Shown here in pieces: positions 26,901 to 35,900 of a stretch of DNA of 64,000 nt. A program made the translations under genes and the position numbers. Under the pieces are notes generated by a model. That model was not told the origin of the DNA. It ran no database searches and saw nothing but the letters and a program-made list of their open reading frames with translations. Origin of the DNA: Amphiscolops sp. MND2022 (lineage: Eukaryota); assembly GCA_964187785.1 (NCBI GenBank), contig OZ076409.1:83950001-84014000 (forward strand), written 5' to 3'. Positions within the stretch are counted from its first letter, which is position 1, and every line of letters starts with the position of its first letter.

Positions 26901-29900
26901 GTTTGTATGTATATCCACAAGTTCAAACCAGGTTGCAAACTTGATGTGATACCGTCAACAGATGAAAAATACATAACTTTGTCAGTTGGAGTGCCTGTTA
27001 GAACATACCAAGATAAAAATGGGGTGACAAAGACGGTATTCGAGTATCTGCGATTTATAGACTCATACCGATTCATGGGTGCTTCGCTGGAAAAGTTAGT
27101 TTCATACTTGCCGGAAGATAAGTTTGAAATACTTGACAAACTCTTTCCTGATTATTCTAAAGAAGAACGAAACCTCTTACATCAAAAGGGCTATTATCCA
27201 TACTCCTACTTTGACAACTTTGAAAAGTTTCAAGAAGAGAAGCTACCACCGAGAGAACAATGGAAAGATTCGCTGCGCAATGGAGAAGTAATGATTACTG
27301 AGGATCAATGGCAACACGCAGAAAAGGTTTACGAGCAGTTCCAATGCGAAAACTTGGGTGATTACCACAATTTGTACCTTTTAACGGACACTCTCCTCTT
27401 GGCATGCGTGGTTGAAGAATTTCGTAGCCTCTGTTATAAGACCTATGGCTTGGACAGTGCACACTATTTTACTTGCTCCCACTTATCTGGCGATGCTTTC
27501 TTGAAAATATGTCGGGCAGACATTGAACTTATAACTGATCGCTCCCACCTAGAAATGGTTGAAAATATGATTAGAGGAGGTGTATCTTCAGTGTTTGACA
27601 AGAGACTTTTCAAGGCAAACAACAGATACCTAGATGACCACAACAACGGAGAATATGATACATATGGTGTATTACTCGACGCAAACAACTTGTATGGCGG
27701 TGTCATGGAAAAACTACCACTGCCATTGAACAGCTTTGAAACAGTTCAAAACATTAATCTGAGCAAAATATTGGAAACATCTAACGACGCTGAAGAAGGA
27801 TACATTCTAGAAGTGGACCTTCATTACCCCGATAAGCTCCATGATGGACATGAAGATTTTCCACTGGCTCCAACAAAAGAGAGAATCTACTACAAAAGTC
27901 TGGGAGAAAGTCAACAAGAGTTGTTGGAAAAGATGGGTGAAACTAGACCTTTTAGTCAAGGTAAAAAGTTGATTCAATCACTGTCTGACAAAAAGAACTA
28001 TACTGTCCACTATATAACACTGAAGCTCTACGTTAGCCTTGGCATGGAAGTGAAGAAAGTACATCGAGTGTTGAAGTTCAAACAAACAAAATGGTTGAAA
28101 CCATATATGGAGCTAAATACCGCAAAGAGAAAAGAATCTCGAAACAAGTTCGAAGAGAGTTTCTTCAAACTCATGAACAATTCTTGCTACGGTAAAACTC
28201 TGGAGAGTAAACGCAACCGCGTGAGTGTACACCTTATCGCCAACAGCGAAGCTCTATTGAGGAAGACAGACACCCCCTTTTTTCATGAGTTCAAGATTTT
28301 CCACGAGAACCTAGCAGCTATATCTTCAAGAAAAAGATCGATCACGTGGAACAAACCCACAATAGTTGGGGCTGCTGTACTAGACTTGGCAAAATACATC
28401 ATGTTTGATTTCCATTACAATGTGATGAAAAAACATTTCAATTGCTTTGTGTTGTACTCGGACACAGACTCATTGCTATACGAAGTGAGACACACAGATT
28501 TCTATGAAGAGCTTGCCGAAAACGCAGAGTTGCGTCAGTATTTTGACTTGTCAAATTACCCCACAGATCATAAACTCTACAATACCGACAACAAAATGGT
28601 GACACTCAAGTTCAAAGATGAGCTAGGAGGAACACCCATCGAAGAATTTGTAGGCCTCAAACCAAAGATGTACTCCATCTTGGCAGGTGGGAAGCAGAAA
28701 TTATCAGCAAAGGGCGTCACCAAATTCGCTCAACGGAAGCTAACACATGAACTTTTCAAAACGATTCTGCAGACGGGTGATTCTTTCAAAACCTTAAACA
28801 CGCGGATCGGATCAACCCGACATCAATTGCAAACTATCAAGACAAACAAGCTGTCTCTTAGCTCCTTTGATGATAAGCGCTATGTATTAGAAGACGGCAT
28901 CTCAACCTTACCCCATGGTCACTACATGATCAGGGATGTTCATGTTGAGCAAGACATTTTGGATGAACCAGAATGGGGATATGAAGACGAAGAAATGCCA
29001 ACAAGTCCCACTTGGGATGAACTAAACGGCATCGATTCCCAAACCACAATCTCTCAAGTCTTTCGAGATGAGGCTCGGATGCCGGTGAATGCCCGTATTC
29101 CATCACCATTGCAACTAAGTGAAGATGAGGCAATCTCACTCACTCAAGAATTGATGGAAGCATGGTCACCACCTGATCCGGGGATGCATCAAAGAGAGTA
29201 CAGTGATTCCGAGCTGGAAGGTGAAACAAACTTGGACGAAACTCGAGAAGAGCAGAGCCCTCCCAGAAACCCATTCATCGACGACGAGGCGACAGAAGTT
29301 TCCGATGCAGATGGCCAGCTCGAAGGAGAAGAGGAGGATGAATCAGACCCAAATGACTGCGTGATTGTTGAGACACTAACGGAAGATGAGGCAAACGCCA
29401 TAGAAGATTTGGAATACCTAATTGATTTTGACAATTGGTTCAGCGACGATGAATTTGTGAACCGGATAAAAAGAGCGAAAAGAAGACGGTTGGAGATTGT
29501 GAGCGACAGCGAGAGCGAATAGGACTTCATGTTACTTTATATGCTACTAGCTAGTCTTTGTGCTAAAGTTATTGTTTTACTTTGTATTGTTCTCAAGTAC
29601 CTGTTGAGTAAACTTTCAAGTAGTTACAAATGCTTCAGTAACTGTGAATTCAGTGTTGTTTTGCTCTCATTTTATTAGCCGACGCGTTGTCTAATAGCAT
29701 GGAAGATTATCCAAAAGCCGTAGAATAAAAGCTTTCAGTTGAAAAAATAGTCCATAAATGATTTAAAAAACAATATTGGGCTTTATTGTTGCCCCCGCAG
29801 GCCTAATCGCGACCCCACAGCCGTAGAATGAAAAAAAACTTGGGTAAAAAAGCAAAACGCTAGGCTTTATTGCCGCCCCCGCAGGCCTAATCGCGGCCCC

Positions 29901-32900
29901 ATAGCCGTAGAATGGAAAAAACTTGGGTAAAAAAGCAAAATACTAGGCTTTATTGCCGCCCCCGCAGGCCTTATTGCGACCCGATAACCGTAGAATGGAA
30001 ATAGCGTGGCTAGAAAAGCAAAATACTAGGCTTATACGCCGCCCCCGCAGTTGTAATTGCGACCCCATAACCGTAAAACGGAAATAGCTTGGGTAAAAAA
30101 GCAAAATACTAGGCCTATACGCCGCCCCCGCAGGCGTAATTGCGACCCCATAACCGTAGAAGGGAAAAAACTTGGGTAAAAAAGCAAAATACTAGACTTT
30201 ATTGCCGCCCCCGCAGGCCTAATCGCAGCCCCATACCCGTAGAATGGAAATAGAATGCGTTAAATAGCAGAATACTAGGCGTAAATGCCGCCCCCGCAGG
30301 CCTTAATGCAGCCCCATAGCCGTAAAATGGAAATAGCGGGGCTAGAAAAGCAAAATACTAGGCTTTAATGCCGCCCCGCAGGCCTAATCGCGGCCCCACA
30401 GCCGTAGAATGGAAAAAACTTGGGTAAAAAAGCAAAATACTGGTCTTTATTGCCGCCCCGCAGGCCTAATCGCGGCCCCATAACCGTAAAATGGAAATAG
30501 CTTGGCTGAAAAAGCAAAATACTAGGCTTATAGGCCGCCCCCTCAGGCCTACTCGCGGCCCCGCAGCCGTAGAATGGAAAAAACTTGGGTAAAAAAGCAA
30601 AATACTGGGCTTTATTGCCGCCCCGCAGGCCTAATCGCGGCCCCATAACCGTAAAATGGAAATAGCTTGGCTGAAAAAGCAAAATACTAGGCTTATAGGC
30701 CGCCCCCTCAGGCCTACTCGCGGCCCCATAACCGTAAATTTGAAAAAACTTGGCTGCAAAAGTAAAATACGAGGCTTATACGCCGCCCTCACAGGCCTAA
30801 TCGCGGCCCCATACCCGTAGAATGGAAATAGAATGCGTTAAATAGCAGAATACTAGGCGTAAATGCCGCCCCCGCAGGCCTTAATGCGGCCCCTTAACCG
30901 TAAATTTGAAAAAACTTGGCTGCAAAAGCAAAATACGAGGCTTATACGCCGCCCTCACAGGCCTAATCGCGGCCCCATAACCGTAAAATGGAAATAGCTT
31001 GGCTGAAAAAGCAAAATACTAGGCTTATAGGCCGCCCCCTCAGGCCTACTCGCGGCCCCATAACCGTAAATTTGAAAAAACTTGGCTGCAAAAGTAAAAT
31101 ACGAGGCTTATACGCCGCCCTCACAGGCCTAATCGCGGCCCCATACCCGTAGAATGGAAATAGAATGCGTTAAATAGCAGAATACTAGGCGTAAATGCCG
31201 CCCCCACAGGCCTTAATGCAGCCCCATAGCCGTAAAATGGAAATAGCGGGGCTAGAAAAGCAAAATACTAGGCTTACATGCCGTCCCCGCAGGCCTTATT
31301 GCAGCCCCATAGCCGCAAAATGGAAATAGCTTGGGTAAAAAACTAAAATACTAGGTGTAAATGCCGCTCCCGCAGGCATAATTGCGGCCTCAAAACCGTA
31401 AAATGGAGATATCGTCGGTAAAAATGTAAAATACTAGGCTTAAATGTCGCCCCCGAAGGCCTAATCGTAGCCCTATACCCGTAAAATGGAAAAAGCTTGC
31501 CTAACCCCCGAAGGCCTAATCGTAGCCCTATACCCGTAAAATGGAAAAAGCTTGCCTAATACTGAAGACCAAAACCGTCTATGACTATACAAACACGGTC
31601 ATAAAGGACGCATAATCGATATATTCACTATTCACTAGCGTATTCAGGCCAGAATTAACGAAGACCATATATATATACGGTCTTATGGAACGCATATACT
31701 TGACAAATTATACGTATATCTAATTTCAAGACTTGATCCAAACAATTTTCCCTTGGTCCGAACGTAGAGCGAGAAAATTTTACAACAAAAAAGTTCCAGC
31801 CTACACAACTTCCATTAGTCAGAGCCGGTATAAGAGCCCCGATGATAACACCGGAAAGTTGTGCGGTTCCAGACACACCACAAGGGTGACCTTTGTTGAA
31901 ACCTTATAGGGTTTCATTTTTTTTAAATAGCGAACGGTCCTGAAATAAAGTATGATTAACGTTTGAGGGAAACAGGTTACTATGAAGCAGTGCTTTAAAA
32001 ATTCCGATATTTTTGAAATTATAAAAACAAAGAAAAAATAGGTCCAGGTGAAAATTTCTTGAGTCAGAATAATTTTACTCAACGCAACCATTTGGTTTTT
32101 CTTCGACAATTCCTCAGCCAAAAGATTCCAAATGTGTGCTTCAAAAGGATAAAACGAGCAGTAGTACTTATACTGTTATACTTCAGCTTCATTACTTGAA
32201 TTTAATCACTTGAATAGCTTAATTACTCCTAACTTCCAGAATTCTTACATGTTGATCACACTTGTCTCTCAGAAAAAAAATGCTAGGAAGGTTTTCAACA
32301 TTTAAACAATTCAAATTGAAAATAAAAACAATTCGAATGTGTATAAAAACCTCAGTAACAAGTTAACCCGTAAGTTGTTGGAGGCAAGAGTTCACAGCAT
32401 GGGCCAGGTTGATCACCCGTTTTTGATAAGGACCTTTCACTATAAGAATACAATCTCGGATCCCAACTTTTTGCAGAATCTTTTTAGCTAAAGGTGGTCC
32501 TCGCATGCCCACATTTTTAGGTGCAGGTTTGATATCGACCACCACGCTTCCGGAATTCGCCCGGATTCTTCTGGGGACTGTACGTGGGTTTGCCAGGTAG
32601 GGTGCTCCAAGTACCAATTGCGTTCTACTCCGATAGGCAATCGCCGATGCCCCACACACTGCCAAACTCTCACTTTTCCTGTATTTTTCCCCAAATCCAT
32701 AATCGCCCGCCCCGTCCGCAACAATGACAATCGCCCTGTATCGTAGTTTTGATCCTGTCCTGTACGGCGGAACTTTCAGTAGATGTTCCTCAATGCCTAA
32801 GAAAGATGTGAATGAATGCAAAATGAATGTGTAAATTTGGTGAATTGCTTCAGAACCAAGGAGTATTTGGTTGATACTTGTCGACAAATATATCAATGAA

Positions 32901-35900
32901 ATGGAAATCGTGTCTAAGAAATTGTTTGACAATATTTCGTTCCAATGAAAAAAAAATGTTCAGATTAAACTGTTACATGAAATCGCACAATTCGATCATT
33001 TTTTCAATGTCTGTTGACTTGTAGTTCATTCCCTTCATAGTTCAATTCATGTTTTTTGTTGAACATGCAAAACAGAAACCCGATGATATATGAAACTGCA
33101 AAGGAATTCTAGTTTTGTTTTCCTTCATTTTTCTTCTGCATATGGGAGAATTAAAAAATAAAAAAGAAAAACTTACTCGGCATGGTCGCTTTCTTTGATC
33201 AGGTCACCAAGTTGATCACTTCAGCGAGTTCGGTCTTCTTTCTATACTGATATTTTGCGAAAGATGAGTTGGAAATTGAGATGAGAAATTAGACTTTCAA
33301 TGTTTGAGATGAGTCAGTTTAGTGGAACTTTCAAGATGTCAAGTAAATTAAGAAAATCTAGGAACTACTTGAGACAGATCATTAAACAAATAATACATGT
33401 AGTTTGTAGCTATAACAAGAAAGAGTTACTTCCAGTAGGTCCCAGTTGATGCACTAGGTACGCAAAACAAACAAAAGTTGGCTTTCGTTGATAACCCAGA
33501 TGATAATACTAAAAATGAAAACAATGAAATTTTTGTAAAATTTCAAACCCCCCCCCCGTGTTTAGCACGGTCCGGTAATAAATCCAACTACTGTTTTCCT
33601 ACAGTTCAGTTTTGGATAATTTTGGTACGATGATTACCAGTGCAATTTATTTGCTTTAGGATAACCTCAATTTGTTGGATTTGCCCCAATTGGTGTTGGA
33701 AAAGATACTGTATTATCTGTGCTGTGATGAGCCAAACAACAGGTGCAACAGAAATTTGAGGAACTTCGCCGCAACTTGTTCTGAGTTGACAACTTTAGTT
33801 AATCAAAGCTTCGTTCCTGAATATTTGGAACTGGGCATCAATTACACAGTATCTGGAGTGCACAAAGAACATGAGGTGTATTCAAGGTTCTTGGACCAGG
33901 TGAATTGGAAGATCTCCAAACTGAGACTTGTTGTCACAATTAGCCCGAGCTTCGCATCGACTACTTTTGACGGACATATCCACATCGTGTTTCATACAGA
34001 ATCATTGCCGATAATAAAATCATTCAACCTTGATGGGTTGATCCTGGATTTTTCGCAATTCTATGGTAAGAATTTATCTTATCTATGTTGTGTTATCTAT
34101 GTTGTGTTTTCTAAGTTTGCGGCGTTTTCGATTCTACACTGTTAAACGGAATGTTGAACTTGCAAGCTACCACCTACTTTTATTTGTGCTCTAATTTTGT
34201 CAACATTGAAGTCCCAATGCTCACCAATGGATTATCGCAACTCTTCTATTGCGACAATCGAGTGAAAAATTGAGACTATTGACAACTAAAAATCCTAGGG
34301 AATGTAGCTAAAGCACTTTTTTACCTTCAGTGTATTGCGTAACTTCGAGATCGAATGAAGTACCAAATGTTCTCATAGCCTAATTGTTGTGATAAACTTA
34401 TCAAATAAATTGCCGACTGGAATCACTCAGATGACTGACCTGGCCAGAGGTTAAACAAATCACTGACTGTGGTACAAAACCCCCACCCTCAATCAATGCG
34501 GTTATCATACAGCAGCTGGAAACCTCATCTCAGACAGCCATGCAAAATTTGATATCAACAATTTTCGTGGGAAAAAAGATCTCGTTAATAGAGCCATAAT
34601 AAATGAAATTGAGAAACGCTGGCAAAAAGTTGAAGATGTGGCGTGAATCGAAGCCTTTCAAGCCAAGTTGGAAAAGAAAAACAGGAGAGATATCCTTCGC
34701 GTTTATAAGCTGAACAGACCAGGCCACTCTGAATGGGAGGAACCAGTTAAGATTCTCATAACAGTGCAGAAACTCTTGACATTGGCAAACAAAATGGAAG
34801 CCAAAGTGACCGCTCAATACATATCTATAGCTCACCAAGCACCATTCTACAGTGAGCGTTCTCAGCGGCCAGTTATCGTGAGTTTGTCAGCGAGTGGCCA
34901 GAATCAATATTCTGAAGTTTTTAGAACTGATCGACCTACAGAATGCTAAAGTTTTCGAAGGTATCACTGTTCCGAGAATCCGATTCTTCGCCACGATGAG
35001 AGACAATGCTTGAGTAGACGCTGTCTAGACACTGGAGGGTGTTATAAATACCAAGTTCGAGAATGATGGAAGAATATACGGTATAGATAGCATATCTTAC
35101 GATTGTTAACGCCAGTACTATGTCAACTATGTTAGAAGTTTTGTCAATTAGAGTTGGTGGCAACCAATGAACTCTTGCACCTTTTTTTGTGTCGAATTTA
35201 AAATTTCGTCAAGATTGTCCACCTACGAAGATAGCTTGCCCCATTATGAACATACGCTCATTGAGATGTCGCTTTCTCGATTTAGATGCGTTTATGATAA
35301 TTGAAAAGCTTAAAACTGCTGATTGTTTTCACGGAAACCTGGTTTGAGGATGACCAACAGGCCGACCCTTTCAACATTCCTGGCTATCAAAATCTCACTA
35401 CAAGTAGTAAACGTTTGGGAAGCAGCGGAAACGTTTGGTAGTCTTGTTGTTTTCCTCAAATTTACTTCACGTGAGTGACTTATTGTCGGGGCTATGTTAA
35501 CCACTGGGTTTGTAATGATGGTTTTCTATCCATGCGTAAAAAGCGATTTGATAAACACCTTCTGAGTGAAGTGTGTGATGCTTACGAATGATTTAAAAAG
35601 CGATCTCCTCGCTGGAAACAGTAAGTATCAGCAACTTTGGCACACTGAAGAGTTTCAATTTCCATTCAAATAGCCTTTTAGCTGTTACGATAGAGCAAAT
35701 CGTGTCAAAAACTTCATTGATAATATCTATTCGGATGCCAAAGTTTCATTTAATCGGGTGTATCATTGCACTATCACCGATCATTACTTCCTATTGGAAA
35801 GTGAAAGTTGTACAAAATCTTCGAGCTTCAATGAATTGATAATCTGTACAAGTATCATTGTTTACTGAACCAATAGAAAGTCGGTTTTGGTGCGCTCTTG

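Larger units (their letters stand above)
15801..33592 (+). mobile_element. Full-length Polinton/Maverick (adintovirus-like endogenous virus), 17,792 bp
   Basis: Termini AGTAGT.../...ACTACT, TIRs 15801-15871 and 33527-33592, 6-bp TSD GTTTTC (15795-15800 and 33593-33598). Uninterrupted ORFs for pPolB, integrase, ATPase, MCP, mCP and protease. Confidence 0.97.

Noticed and set aside
29769..31560. CRISPR-like array or coding repeat (ORF 30365-30682)
   Set aside because: The variable parts are variants of one sequence rather than unique spacers, and no cas genes are present. The 82-83-bp period breaks the frame, so the ORF is incidental.
31655..32121. Minus-strand ORFs between the array and uS5
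   Set aside because: Non-ATG starts, AT-rich and no motif; they cannot be supported as genes, although a small spliced gene is not excluded.
32797..32932. N-terminal extension of the uS5 ORF as given in the ORF track
   Set aside because: It has a TTG start and intron-like composition; it is better explained as intron, with the ATG at 33183.
32363..33183. The host's own RPS2 gene or a processed pseudogene
   Set aside because: It is too divergent and truncated for a cellular RPS2, lies inside the TIRs, has an intron and has an intact frame.
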